From an uncultured Rhodopirellula sp. (lineage in GTDB: Bacteria; Planctomycetota; Planctomycetia; Pirellulales; Pirellulaceae), in NCBI GenBank assembly GCA_964007735.1, contig CAXGAI010000028.1, positions 1 through 58,086 on the forward strand: 58,086 bases of DNA, read 5' to 3'. The notes beneath the pieces were generated by a model. It worked only from the letters and a program-made list of their open reading frames with translations. It searched no databases and had not been told where the DNA came from. Positions 7,566-18,275 of the stretch are shown here, one piece after another. A program made the position numbers and the translations under genes. Position 1 is the first letter of the stretch; every line of letters starts with the position of its first letter.

Positions 7566-8624
7566 TTACAGATTCTCGCAAACCAGGTCCCCAACTTCCG
7601 TGGTGGAGTAGCCCATACGTCCTGCTGACATACTTTCCATTTTGGTCCCCGTCACCACTTTAATTGCTTTGATGACCTTGTCGGCGGATTCAGAATGTCC
7701 GGTCTGCTCAAGCAACATTCCCATCGCAGCGATCGCAGCGATAGGATTGATCACGTTTTGGCCGGTGTACTTGGGAGCACTTCCGCCCATGCATTCAAAC
7801 ATGCTGGTTCCACCAGGGTCGGGGTTGATGTTCCCGCCAGCAGCAACACCCATACCGCCCTGAATCATCGCTCCAAGGTCAGTGATGATGTCACCAAACA
7901 TGTTGGTGGTAACCACGACGTCATAATACTCAGGGTTCTTTACGAACCACATGCAGGCGGCATCGATGTGATTGTAATCAGCTTCCACATCCGGGTAGTC
8001 TTTGGCGACATCCTGATAGGTACGCCAGAGAAGGTCGTGACCATAGGTCAAAACGTTGGTTTTACCTACCAGTGTCAGACGTTTGCCCTGAGGATTATTG
8101 CGTTTGCGAGTGTACTCGAAAGCATAGCGAATGATTCGCTCACAGCCTTTGCGAGTGTAAATCGCAGTTTGAGAGGCCACTTCATCCGGAGTTCCCTTTT
8201 TCAGGAATCCACCAATGCCGCAGTACATATCTTCCGTATTCTCGCGAATCACGACAAAGTCGATATCTTCAGGGCCTTTACCAGCCAAAGGTGTTTCCAC
8301 GCCTGGATAAAGAGTAACTGGTCGTAGATTGACATACTGATCAAGTGCAAAACGCAGGCTGAGTAGAAGGCCTTTTTCAAGGATCCCAGGCTGCACGTCC
8401 GGGTGGCCGATGGCTCCCAGATAGATGGCGTCCTTTTCTTTCAGTTCATCGACTGCGCCTTCCGGCAGGATTTCACCTGTTTGGAGGTAACGGTCACCTC
8501 CAAAATCGTAGTCAGTCAATTCGTACTCAAAACCATCCTGTTCTGAGACTGCTTTTAGCACTTTCAGTGCTTCGTTGGTTACTTCCGGGCCGGTTCCATC
8601 ACCAGGAATGACAGCAATTTTCAT
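7566..8624 (-). CDS. leuB: 3-isopropylmalate dehydrogenase
   Basis: IPGDGTGPEV, NLRP, RENTE, NMFGDIITD and GSAP motifs; leuA nearby. Confidence 0.88.
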   Translation of the reverse strand: MKIAVIPGDGTGPEVTNEALKVLKAVSEQDGFEYELTDYDFGGDRYLQTGEILPEGAVDELKEKDAIYLGAIGHPDVQPGILEKGLLLSLRFALDQYVNLRPVTLYPGVETPLAGKGPEDIDFVVIRENTEDMYCGIGGFLKKGTPDEVASQTAIYTRKGCERIIRYAFEYTRKRNNPQGKRLTLVGKTNVLTYGHDLLWRTYQDVAKDYPDVEADYNHIDAACMWFVKNPEYYDVVVTTNMFGDIITDLGAMIQGGMGVAAGGNINPDPGGTSMFECMGGSAPKYTGQNVINPIAAIAAMGMLLEQTGHSESADKVIKAIKVVTGTKMESMSAGRMGYSTTEVGDLVCENL

Positions 8625-8825
8625 TGGTGTGCTTCTTTCGTGAGAACTATATGAGTTGGTTCTTATTTTTGTAATTTTTGCTCGGTACTGCGTATTGCCG
8701 TAAGTCGTGCAGAAAATTCGATTCTATCATTGGATGGAAAAACCGACTAGTAGACAGTATTGGGCAGTTTACGGCTCGTTTTGACCGACTTACCTTCGAA
8801 GGCGATTCAGCACATAATGATGAGC

Positions 8826-10739
8826 ATGATTCAGCTAACCGTCGACAATATCGAAAAATATTTCTCCGAAGAAGCGGTACTCGACGGTGTGTCTTTTGAG
8901 CTGTCTAAAGGCGACCATGTAGCGCTTGTGGGACCTAACGGTGCAGGTAAGAGTACATTGGTGAAGATCATTACCGGTGTACTTGAGCCGGATAGCGGGA
9001 CGATTGAGGTACATCCGGCGATTCGAGTCGGCATTCTTGAGCAGCAGCCTGAATATACGGCAGGCCGGACTGTCTGGGACGAAGCGGCTGCGGCATTAGA
9101 AGAATTGGCGACCCTGGGCGAAGAGGCTGAGCGTGTTGCCGCGGAGATGGCTGAGGCGACAGGTGAACTGCTGGAAGAGCTTGCCCAGCATTTTGACCGA
9201 CTACAGGTTCGTCTATATCAGCAAGACGCATACAACATTGACTATCGGATAGAACGGATTCTGAGTGGTCTCGGATTTATTGAGTCTGAATTTCATAAGC
9301 CGGTTGAGCAGCTTTCCGGTGGTCAAAAGAATCGTCTGGCACTGGCTAAATTATTATTAGCTGAACCTGACCTGATGCTGTTGGACGAACCGTCAAATCA
9401 TTTGGATATTGATGCAACACAATGGCTGGAACGATTTCTGGCAGCCAGTCAGGCTACGATTCTCTTAGTTAGCCATGATCGCTTTCTTATCGATCAGGTA
9501 GCGCAGAAGACGATTGAGCTACATCAGGGGACGATTGAAATTTACAAAGGCAACTACTCGTCCTACATGCAGCAGAAAGATGATCGCAATGCAGTCCTTC
9601 GACGAACTTATGAAAAACAACAGGATGAGGTCGCCAGACTCGAAGAATTTGTGCGACGTCACATTGGTAGCCAGAAAACGGCTCAGGCGGAAGATCGGCG
9701 GAAGAAGCTGGCACGGATGGAGCGTGTGAATCCCCCGCGTGAGATCAACGCGCCGGCAATGGGATTTCCTGTTCCTGAACGCAGTGGTGATATTGTCATC
9801 CGGGCAGAGCATATCTCGAAGGCCTTCGATTCCCCACTTTTTGAAGATCTGACGTTTGATATCCTACGTGGTCAGAAGTGGGGAATTCTGGGACCTAACG
9901 GGACAGGTAAATCGACCCTGATGAAAATTCTTAATAGTGAATTGGAACCTGATGCAGGTGAGATTCACATTGGAGCCAAGGTAAAGGCCGCTTATTTTGA
10001 TCAGCATCTGACCTGTATTGATAGCGATAAAGAAGTCGTGGAGGCCATTAGACCGGATCACAAGGAATTTGTTGAACGTGAACGGCGTGACGTTTTGGCT
10101 CGCTTTGGTATTACCAAAGAGATGGTGTTCAAAAAAGTAAGACACTTGAGCGGCGGAGAACGCAATCGAACGGCGTTGGCTTGGCTGTCCACCCGAGATG
10201 CCAACCTGATGTTTCTTGATGAACCGACTAACCATCTCGATTTATGGGCCAGAGACTCTCTGGAACGAACGGTGCGTGATTATCAGGGAACCGTCGTGAT
10301 TGTCAGCCATGACCGTTATTTTCTGGATCAGGTTTGTGACATGCTGCTTGTAGTAGAGCCCGGTCGTTTTCGCGTGATTGACGGTAACTACTCTACCTAT
10401 CAGACCTTGATTGATAGCGGGTTAGCGAAAGAAGCCCGAGTTGAAATGGAGCCCAGGCCGGAAACAGTTGGTCCAAACTCTAATGAGAAGAAATCAGACA
10501 AAGCTTCTAACTCCAAGCCTCGACGTAAACGCAAGTTTCCTTATCGTAAGGTTGAGGAAATCGAAGCAGAGATTGCTGCAGCTGAATCTCGCATCGAATG
10601 TATCTATTCTGAAATGGCCCAAGAAGAGGCTTTGCGTGACGGCAGTACCATGAAAGGGCTTAGCGATGAACTTGGGGCGGTGCAACAGTCGCTTGAACCG
10701 TTATACAAACACCTGGAAGAAGCGATAGAGCTGAATTAA
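8826..10739 (+). CDS. ABC-F family ATP-binding protein (Uup/YheS-like)
   Basis: Two ABC domains (GPNGAGKS, LSGGQ, LDEP; GPNGTGKS, LSGGE, LDEP), linker, no TM segments; start uncertain (8760/8817/8826). Confidence 0.92.
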   Translation: MIQLTVDNIEKYFSEEAVLDGVSFELSKGDHVALVGPNGAGKSTLVKIITGVLEPDSGTIEVHPAIRVGILEQQPEYTAGRTVWDEAAAALEELATLGEEAERVAAEMAEATGELLEELAQHFDRLQVRLYQQDAYNIDYRIERILSGLGFIESEFHKPVEQLSGGQKNRLALAKLLLAEPDLMLLDEPSNHLDIDATQWLERFLAASQATILLVSHDRFLIDQVAQKTIELHQGTIEIYKGNYSSYMQQKDDRNAVLRRTYEKQQDEVARLEEFVRRHIGSQKTAQAEDRRKKLARMERVNPPREINAPAMGFPVPERSGDIVIRAEHISKAFDSPLFEDLTFDILRGQKWGILGPNGTGKSTLMKILNSELEPDAGEIHIGAKVKAAYFDQHLTCIDSDKEVVEAIRPDHKEFVERERRDVLARFGITKEMVFKKVRHLSGGERNRTALAWLSTRDANLMFLDEPTNHLDLWARDSLERTVRDYQGTVVIVSHDRYFLDQVCDMLLVVEPGRFRVIDGNYSTYQTLIDSGLAKEARVEMEPRPETVGPNSNEKKSDKASNSKPRRKRKFPYRKVEEIEAEIAAAESRIECIYSEMAQEEALRDGSTMKGLSDELGAVQQSLEPLYKHLEEAIELN

Positions 10740-11866
10740 ATAAAATTACCAGGGAGCCAATTTCGGAACCATTCCATCCAGAAGCGGAATGTGAGAATGG
10801 TGATGATAACACTTAGCCATAAAAGTTCGGCGGCAGAATATCTTTTAGAGAAGATTCGAGTCAAAAGAAGAACGATCCCAGTCAGACAACCGGCGACGAC
10901 AGTTGCCTGCCAGCCCAGGAAACTTCCTGTAAGTGCCATTAGGATGGTGAACTCTGGGACCTTCCGAAAATCCTTTCTCATTAGTAGGTGAGTGGATAGA
11001 ACCCCCAGTATGCCGCCAGAACCCAGTCCACAGAGCATTGGAAGCACGCTAGCAAACGTTGAGTTGATGGATGTGATTGGTTGATTGGTATGAGTAAAAG
11101 GAATGGCCTGTGGCCAGCAGATTGCCGTGATGATTGAAACAAAAAATCCAAAATAGAAGATATTGCGAGGGATTCGTTGTTGTTGCAGACTTACTAATCC
11201 TGTGGTCATCAGGATAAAGATAAGGCAGGCGTGCATTAGGAAATATCCGATAAAACGGGGCTCAGGAGACATCACGAATCTTTGGAAACTAAACATCACG
11301 CTGTTGGTAGGTTGGAATAGATTAGCACCCGCTCCTATCATTTCCATTAACGCCAGCGTACCGATCGCGACGGCAGAAATGAGTTCCACGATAATATAAC
11401 GTCCGGATATTTCCACTTCACAGGTGCGACACTTTCCTCTCAGCCACAACCAGCCAAATATAGGGAAATTGTCCCGCATTTTAAGTTTGGTGTTGCAACT
11501 CTCGCAATAAGAGGATCCAAGTAATGTTCCCCCACGTGGTAGTCGCCAGGCGATCACATTGAGGAAAGAACCGAAGCTGGCTCCAAAGAAAAAGAACCAG
11601 AAGATTCCGGCTGTCATCAGAAAATATTTAGAGAATTGTTCGATGAAGAAGGATACGCCAAGATCATGGCCGATTTGGAGCTTCTCTATAAACTTGATCG
11701 TCGCGAGTATGAATGGAATCCCGATGAAGATTAGGGATACTAGACTACCTGCGATTTTGCGGCCGTGGCGTCGAAAGAAATGGCTTTCGATGGAGGGATC
11801 TGCCTGTCCTAATGAATTGCCGTCCGAAATCAAACTCTCCGATGGCTGATTGTCTGTCTTGTTCAT
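10736..11866 (-). CDS. Prepilin peptidase (A24)-like membrane protein, catalytic Asp motifs apparently missing
   Basis: GSFLNVIAWRLP, CESC...CRTC zinc domain, GSFLGWQ. Confidence 0.85.
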   Translation of the reverse strand: MNKTDNQPSESLISDGNSLGQADPSIESHFFRRHGRKIAGSLVSLIFIGIPFILATIKFIEKLQIGHDLGVSFFIEQFSKYFLMTAGIFWFFFFGASFGSFLNVIAWRLPRGGTLLGSSYCESCNTKLKMRDNFPIFGWLWLRGKCRTCEVEISGRYIIVELISAVAIGTLALMEMIGAGANLFQPTNSVMFSFQRFVMSPEPRFIGYFLMHACLIFILMTTGLVSLQQQRIPRNIFYFGFFVSIITAICWPQAIPFTHTNQPITSINSTFASVLPMLCGLGSGGILGVLSTHLLMRKDFRKVPEFTILMALTGSFLGWQATVVAGCLTGIVLLLTRIFSKRYSAAELLWLSVIITILTFRFWMEWFRNWLPGNFI

Positions 11867-12067
11867 GTCTAGTATTATATCGACACATCAGAAAGCAGGG
11901 CTAAGCAATTCTTCCAAGCCCCTGATTTTGGTCCAATCTGTCCCCCTTTGACAAAAGTCTTTGTACAAAGCGCACCACTTAAGAAGCAATTTTGGTGCCC
12001 TTCAAGCAGCCGCAACGTTTCGGCGCATGCAAAAAGCCGCTTCAGTTTTCACATCCACGGCTTTCAG

Positions 12068-12141
<74 letters not shown>

Positions 12142-12332
12142 AAAAAGGTCTTGCTCAGAGATTGATTTATGACCAATTCATCGGACATAAACTAAAGAAA
12201 TCTGAACTTGATTCCATCAGATGAAGCAAAAAAATGTGAGCTGTCTTGTCTCAGCTGATAATTAAAAAGATACATCATTAAAAAATATGAACAACCCCCC
12301 TCAGCATCATCTTGACGGTATTTTTAACGGGT

Positions 12333-13706
12333 TCAATGAAGTAAAGAACCTGCGGAGAACCCCAGTTGTTCAATTTTTTCGCGGTCTTTTTGAGCTTTGG
12401 CAACCCGATGCGTCGCATCATAAGCTAACGAACGGTGATATAGGATGACGGCCAGATTCTTGGCTCGTTCGTGACGTTGTTTTTTAATAAAATCGATGTC
12501 TGCAACTCGATCTTTCTCATACGTCAAGACCTCATCAAACTGCTTTAGTTCGTATTCGGTTGCCCCGACAGCGACTTCTAGATCAATCAAAGCCAGGTGG
12601 TGATTCCCCAGCAAGTGATAGAGGTATCCACGGGTATCGAGAGCCATGGGGATGAATGAGTGAGTACGAAAGGACATGAGTAGATTTCCAAAGTGAGCAT
12701 CCTTCGGAGTGAAGTATTTACTATCGACTCCCAAATCCTTGGCCCGTAAACGATCCGTCATCATTTCATTGGTTACCTCGTTCTGAGATAGCTCTTCCCC
12801 TGGAGTTTGTTTTAGACAGGCAGCACGAAAAAGTAGTACATTACCAAACAGGATTTCAAAGTCTGCAATTCGTTGGGCAAGTTCCTTTTTCTCGAAGGCC
12901 TTCCAGGTGATCTTTGGAGAGGTTGCCTGAAGCAGTGCGTGGTGTCGGCCGAGTTTATCGACCGCTTTGTTTAGATTTTCCATCGCGATTCGGTACTTCT
13001 TCTGACTATATGCCTGATAAGCAGTTTGAACATAGTACATAGGGTCGCTGTAGAGACAGTAAATCTCTCCTCCAAGGAGTTCGAGACACTTACTCGCACT
13101 CCCCAATGCTTCTTCCAAATGCGAGTTACTTACGGCTAGTTGGTACGCTTGGTTGTTATAAAGGTTGGCTTCCTGAAGCAACGAAAGTTGTTTGATACGA
13201 TCACCGGATCGATACCAGGTATTGATAATTTCCCATTGTTGCCAGGTCTCGTCGGATGGTTGCTTGGTATACGCAGAACGACTATTAAAATGATTGCACA
13301 GTTGTATACGCAACTGAATCGTAAATGCGGACTCTCCGGTAGTTGTTAGAGTTGCGATCAACGCCTGATAGATGTCAATGGCTTCGTCATATCGTTCTAG
13401 TTCAGCAAGCCAGTCTGCCCGTTCTGTCAACAATGATGGATTATCAGCGTCCCAATGAAGTGCTTGAGAACTCAGCTTAAGTGCTGTTTCCGGATCTTTA
13501 GCATCCCAGTGATTACGAGCATCGGCTTGCTTCCATAATGCAACTTCTGAAGGTAGCCATTGTGTTGTAATGGGTAGGATAATCAGACCACACAAAAGGG
13601 AATACGCCCAGCGAAGCCCGGACTTATTGTTGTCATCACCGTCCGGTTCACTGGTTAGCGAATGAGGATCGGCTACACTTTCATATTCGTTCTTGTAGGA
13701 GCTCAT
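12333..13706 (-). CDS. Membrane-anchored TPR protein
   Basis: N-terminal TM segment; TPR-like helices (LDTRGYLYH, ILYHRSLAY). Confidence 0.8.
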   Translation of the reverse strand: MSSYKNEYESVADPHSLTSEPDGDDNNKSGLRWAYSLLCGLIILPITTQWLPSEVALWKQADARNHWDAKDPETALKLSSQALHWDADNPSLLTERADWLAELERYDEAIDIYQALIATLTTTGESAFTIQLRIQLCNHFNSRSAYTKQPSDETWQQWEIINTWYRSGDRIKQLSLLQEANLYNNQAYQLAVSNSHLEEALGSASKCLELLGGEIYCLYSDPMYYVQTAYQAYSQKKYRIAMENLNKAVDKLGRHHALLQATSPKITWKAFEKKELAQRIADFEILFGNVLLFRAACLKQTPGEELSQNEVTNEMMTDRLRAKDLGVDSKYFTPKDAHFGNLLMSFRTHSFIPMALDTRGYLYHLLGNHHLALIDLEVAVGATEYELKQFDEVLTYEKDRVADIDFIKKQRHERAKNLAVILYHRSLAYDATHRVAKAQKDREKIEQLGFSAGSLLH

Positions 13707-13734
13707 TAGAATTTGGTCGCTTGTCGTAAGTGAC

Positions 13735-14490
13735 TTACCACGGAGTCATGCCGCCGTTAACGCAGAGTGTTTGTCCTGTGACAAAGGATGCTTCTTCACT
13801 GGCAAAGTACAGTACGGCATCGGCTATATCACGAGGAGTTCCCCAGCGGCCTGCCGGAATCAGTGCCAGATAGCCATCTTTTTCTTCCTGAGGATCATCA
13901 GCATGGCGATCTGTCGGGATCCAGCCAGGGGCGATCATGTTGACGGTAATGCCCGCATCGGCAAATTCCGTGGCCATACTACGAGTCCAACCGATCTGCC
14001 CACCTTTAGCAGCGACGTATGCACTGAAGTCACCAACGCTACGGTGATAGACTTCACTTACGATATTGACAATACGTCCCCAGCCTTGTTGCTTCATATG
14101 TGCCATACCGCGTTGCGTCATCAGAAAAGGGCTTTTTATAAAAAAGTCGATCATGTCCTGATAGAATGCCCAGTCGTATTGGTCGATTGGCTTATGAGGC
14201 TGATCGCAAGTGGCATTTGGGACAAGAATGTCAGGATTGCCAAGTTGCCTTTCTGTTTCGGAGAAAAGCTTGTCGATTCCTTCGTCGGTAATTGCACTTG
14301 CCTGAATGAGGCAGGTTTCGATGCCCGCAGCTTTGTATTCTTCGAGTGTATTTTGCGCTCGTGCTTCGTTATAGCAAAAGTTAACGGGGACTTTGGCGCC
14401 GGCTTGTCCGAGTGCCATACCGATCTCCTTGCCGAGTCCGCTACTGTTACCGGTCACAATTGCCACGTGACCTTCAAGGCTGAATGCCAT
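13735..14490 (-). CDS. Short-chain dehydrogenase/reductase (FabG-like)
   Basis: TGNSSGLG, YVAAK, VNMIAPG, GQTLCVNGG. Confidence 0.93.
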   Translation of the reverse strand: MAFSLEGHVAIVTGNSSGLGKEIGMALGQAGAKVPVNFCYNEARAQNTLEEYKAAGIETCLIQASAITDEGIDKLFSETERQLGNPDILVPNATCDQPHKPIDQYDWAFYQDMIDFFIKSPFLMTQRGMAHMKQQGWGRIVNIVSEVYHRSVGDFSAYVAAKGGQIGWTRSMATEFADAGITVNMIAPGWIPTDRHADDPQEEKDGYLALIPAGRWGTPRDIADAVLYFASEEASFVTGQTLCVNGGMTPW

Positions 14491-14597
14491 ACTTTCTCTC
14501 CTGCTTAAACTGGGTGTTCCACCGAGGAACTTAAACTTAGTTACTCGTCAGTTTATCTGTGCCAGTGCGATGGCACAACACACCGTGGTCCATGACG

Positions 14598-14637
14598 AAA
14601 AAGACGGCTTTAGGCAACAACACCTAAAGCCGTCTTT
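14598..14637 (-). terminator. Intrinsic terminator
   Basis: 15-bp perfect stem AAAGACGGCTTTAGG/CCTAAAGCCGTCTTT with U-tract on the minus strand. Confidence 0.8.
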
Positions 14638-14689
14638 GGTTTTGAAAGGGAACTGCAACTGCAGTTGGGGGCCAGTTCTGCTCTTCCGA

Positions 14690-15472
14690 TTACTGACCGT
14701 TGAAGTTGCCTCCATTGGGTGTGTAATAACCGTTTGTACCACCAGTGCTACCAGGTCGGTAAGCTGGCATCGGAGCGGTTGTATTACTGGCTGGTTGATA
14801 ATTGCCGCCGTCGAATTGTGTATTCGCGGGAGTTCCCGAAACGTAAGCGGCTGCTCCTTGCGTTTGTTCTGTTCCTGTGGCACCGTAGGTTGGAACATTA
14901 GGAGATCCTGAAGCTTGGTTTGGCTGATACGATCCAACGTTAGCATTGGGATTGTAGAAGCCGCCACCGTTGTAGTTGCCAGCGGTCTCCTGTAACGTAC
15001 CTGCCGTTGGGACGTTTTGGTTTTGTCCGACAGCATTGAATTTCTGGCCTTGTGGTTGGTACTGTTGCTGAGCTTGGGCTGGATAAGTAGCGGCTTGGTT
15101 ACCGTACTGTTGCTGGCCGTATAACGGTTGCTGCGGTGGCTGGGTTTGTCCCAGAGCTTGCTGGCCAGGTTGGTTGGTTAGGTAGTTGGTATTGCCAACA
15201 TTGGTTGACTCATACTGTTGCCCGTAGGTGTTTTGAGCGTTTGTATTGCCGGTGTTACCATAACGCTGAGAGTAATCCACGGTGGAAGCGTTATAGTCGT
15301 TCGAGGGTGTGTCCTGAGTACCATAGTATGACTGTTCATGCTTGTCATCACTGGCAAAGTAACTCATGCCGGGCAGTTTGCTCCAGCTAAAAGATTTACA
15401 CCCTGTCAGGCAGACAGAAGATGCACAGATTACTGCGAGGACGGGAAACCATCGTCGATTTGAGGATGTCAT
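14690..15472 (-). CDS. Low-complexity Q/N/G/Y-rich lipoprotein
   Basis: Lipobox LTGC, AAGGA SD, disordered polar body, YRPGST motif near the C-terminus. Confidence 0.8.
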   Translation of the reverse strand: MTSSNRRWFPVLAVICASSVCLTGCKSFSWSKLPGMSYFASDDKHEQSYYGTQDTPSNDYNASTVDYSQRYGNTGNTNAQNTYGQQYESTNVGNTNYLTNQPGQQALGQTQPPQQPLYGQQQYGNQAATYPAQAQQQYQPQGQKFNAVGQNQNVPTAGTLQETAGNYNGGGFYNPNANVGSYQPNQASGSPNVPTYGATGTEQTQGAAAYVSGTPANTQFDGGNYQPASNTTAPMPAYRPGSTGGTNGYYTPNGGNFNGQ

Positions 15473-15685
15473 TGTTTATTCCTTTCAAAACCATAATTAT
15501 TTGTCGCTTGGAGAAAGCCGTGAATCACTGCACCGGCCGGTCTTTCTTAGAATTTCTTCCTAAGATAGGCCGGTACATGAGAAGGGGATTCTTTTGAGCG
15601 TCGGGCAATAGTATCTTTTGAGATCAAATTGGGTCAATATGGGTTTGTAGAATTCATGACGAATTAACAGATGATTTGAAAAAAG

Positions 15686-15725
15686 AAAAAAGCTTCACCA
15701 GAGCAGGACTCTGATGAAGCTTTTG
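15686..15725 (-). terminator. Intrinsic terminator after sodA
   Basis: AAAAAGCTTCA.CAGAG/CTCTG.TGAAGCTTTTT hairpin. Confidence 0.8.
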
Positions 15726-15771
15726 GTGTTTGGGTCTTTGTCAGACCACGACATGACTAGGTACGTGCTAA

Positions 15772-16380
15772 CTAGGCAGTTGCAGCCGCGTATCGTCGAG
15801 CAACTTCGTCCCAATTGATGACATTCCAGAAAGCGGCTACGTAGTCAGGACGTCGGTTCTGGTAGTTCAGGTAGTAAGCATGTTCCCAAACGTCCAGTCC
15901 GAGGATAGGTGTACGGCCAGCCATTAATGGGCTGTCCTGATTAGGAGTACTTTCAACTACTAATTGACCATTGTCGACGCTGAGCCAGGCCCATCCGCTG
16001 CCGAAGCGAGTGGCCGCTGCAGCTGAGAACTGTTCTTTCAGACTATCCAGGCTACCGAAAGCACCGTTAATGGCTTCCGCCAGATCACCAGATGGTTCGC
16101 CACCCCCGTTAGGGCAAAGAACAGACCAAAAAAGTGAATGATTTGCGTGACCGCCACCATTGTTTTGTACAGCTCCGCGTTTATCTTCAGGAACACCAGC
16201 TAAATCAGAAACTAGATCTTCGACTGATTTACCTTCCAATTCAGAGCCGTCAATCGCAGCATTCACTTTTGCAACGTATCCAGCATGGTGTTTGCTGTGG
16301 TGGATTTCCATAGTGCGAGCATCGATGTGTGGCTCGAGTGCATCATAAGCGTAAGGTAATTCAGGTAGTTCGTATGCCAT
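15772..16380 (-). CDS. sodA: Mn/Fe superoxide dismutase (probably Mn)
   Basis: [22 protein letters not shown] and DVWEHAYY. Confidence 0.96.
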   Translation of the reverse strand: MAYELPELPYAYDALEPHIDARTMEIHHSKHHAGYVAKVNAAIDGSELEGKSVEDLVSDLAGVPEDKRGAVQNNGGGHANHSLFWSVLCPNGGGEPSGDLAEAINGAFGSLDSLKEQFSAAAATRFGSGWAWLSVDNGQLVVESTPNQDSPLMAGRTPILGLDVWEHAYYLNYQNRRPDYVAAFWNVINWDEVARRYAAATA

Positions 16381-16854
16381 TTGTTTCTTTCTGAACTAAA
16401 ACAGTGATTAACAACAGGGAGTATTAGAGATAGTGAAATCTGAGTTAGCCGGATGCCTTGATACAGAACCGGACATTTTTTTTGATTTCATTATTAATAC
16501 TCGAAGATACCCCAAAAAAAGGGTTCTGACAACGACATATAAGGGTGGAAGGATGTCAGTGCTGTGAAGCGACTGGATCGCGAGCCGATCCATGAGAATT
16601 CATCTAACAAATATCTGCATCAGTCTGGTATTTCAGTCCTGTGGATTCTTGACGCAGTACTTTGACAACTGATGGGAGGCGACTGCTTGAAGCCCCGTAG
16701 TTACCTTCGATTAATTCCGTTACATCTCTAGGAACCAACCCTGATTTGCTTTATTTCCGATGGTTTTTGTGCCGAAGATTATAGTGGGCCGTGCGTGGGC
16801 TGCTGCGCATCTGAGAGAATTCAATAGAACCGGATTCAGGGATAGATCTGACTA

Positions 16855-18231
16855 GTGGCACTAAAGGCTAAAAAAGCAAAGAAGCAATTGCATGAATTCG
16901 TCGGCCAACAGGCAGGGCATGACGGCGTGCGCGCGTACTTTGATCGTGCCATGTTGGAGAATCAACCGAGACTGACCGATCTGATTCCTAAAAGTCTATG
17001 GGCTTATCTGGCCATGTTGCTACTGGGTGTAATTAGTATCTATTTGTGTCAGCAAGCACATATCCATACTCGAACTTTAGAGTCGGCGGAATTTCCAAAA
17101 CACTTGTTTGAAATCGCGGGACCTGGCAACCTTGCCAGCTGGTCCATGAGCGTCATGTTGCTGATATTAAGTCTTGGGGCTGTATTTGTTTATTTATTAA
17201 GACGACATAAAGCAGACGATTACAAAGGACGTTATCGTCTTTGGCTGTATCTGGCAGCCTTCAGTGGTTTTCTGAGCTTTGAAGTGGCCACTGGCGGGCA
17301 TCAAATTCTCAGCGTGCCATTGGCTCAATTTGAAATGTCGAGTCCCTGGAATGAAGCATCCACTTGGTGGATGATGATGGTCTCATTGGGAGTGATGTAT
17401 TTTTCTATTCTTCTGCTGATTGAATTTAAGTCTCGTCCAGCCATGCTCATGATGTTGGCCGTGGCCATGATGGTGATGATTGCCGCAGGTTGTTCACGAA
17501 TGGGTAGTCTTATCGGTGAATCCGCTTTGACCACCGATGTGGCTAAGTCGTCCTTAGCGATGAGTGCTACATTAATCGTGTCGTTAATGACATGGTTGAA
17601 TGCGCGTAAGGTTTATCTGAACGCCCAGCAAGGTAGAGTAAATGTTTCTCAACTAGCCCAATCCAACCAAGCGGTTGTAAATCAGGTAGTCCCCGAAATT
17701 ACAGGTACGGAAGATCGTCAGCAGGAATCAGCTGTTGAGCTGGGTGCCGAGTGGGACGACTGGGATGATCTTGGCGATGACGAGTTAGTCGAAACTGAAG
17801 AGGAATACGACGAATACGCTGAAGAGGACTTTGACGAACTCGATGACGAACCTGATGCAATAGACGAAGAAGTGGTCTGCGAAGAAACTGAACAGGATTA
17901 CGAGGAGGACGAGTTATATCAGGATGAGTCTGAAGTGGCTGAGCAACTGCAGCAAGAGGAAGAAGTGATCTACACTTCCTACGCTCATCAAGAGAATGGT
18001 TCCATCCAATCAAATGAATCGACGGTCTACGAAACGCCGGTCGATGATTCTACGCAGAACACACTTCTCATTCCTCCCAAAGAAGACAAGGTTGAGCATG
18101 AACCATTTGATGAAGAGGCATTTTGGGAACAATATGACCTAACCAAAATGAGTCGTAAACAGTTGAAAACAATGCGAAAGAAACTTAACCGACTCAAAAG
18201 GAAACACGCCGAAAAGCAACGAGCTGCTTAG
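16855..18231 (+). CDS. Polytopic membrane protein with a very acidic C-terminal region
   Basis: Roughly 6-7 hydrophobic segments, then a D/E-rich tract and a basic tail ending RAA. Confidence 0.8.
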   Translation: MALKAKKAKKQLHEFVGQQAGHDGVRAYFDRAMLENQPRLTDLIPKSLWAYLAMLLLGVISIYLCQQAHIHTRTLESAEFPKHLFEIAGPGNLASWSMSVMLLILSLGAVFVYLLRRHKADDYKGRYRLWLYLAAFSGFLSFEVATGGHQILSVPLAQFEMSSPWNEASTWWMMMVSLGVMYFSILLLIEFKSRPAMLMMLAVAMMVMIAAGCSRMGSLIGESALTTDVAKSSLAMSATLIVSLMTWLNARKVYLNAQQGRVNVSQLAQSNQAVVNQVVPEITGTEDRQQESAVELGAEWDDWDDLGDDELVETEEEYDEYAEEDFDELDDEPDAIDEEVVCEETEQDYEEDELYQDESEVAEQLQQEEEVIYTSYAHQENGSIQSNESTVYETPVDDSTQNTLLIPPKEDKVEHEPFDEEAFWEQYDLTKMSRKQLKTMRKKLNRLKRKHAEKQRAA

Positions 18232-18275
18232 AAAGCAGTTGATGCATCTGCGAGAAGTTGGCCACCTGTTTCTTC

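Noticed and set aside
7695..8327. 210-aa plus-strand ORF
   Set aside because: Antisense shadow of leuB
8625..8760. Possible Leu leader or attenuator before leuB
   Set aside because: No Leu-rich uORF or terminator found; only a possible extended -10 (TGaTAGAAT)
13771..15036. ORFs 13771-14508 (+), 14548-15036 (-) and 14570-14911 (+)
   Set aside because: Shadow or alternative frames of the SDR and lipoprotein genes; two cross a terminator
16381..16854. Mn (yybP-ykoY) riboswitch or Fur box upstream of sodA
   Set aside because: No convincing consensus seen by eye
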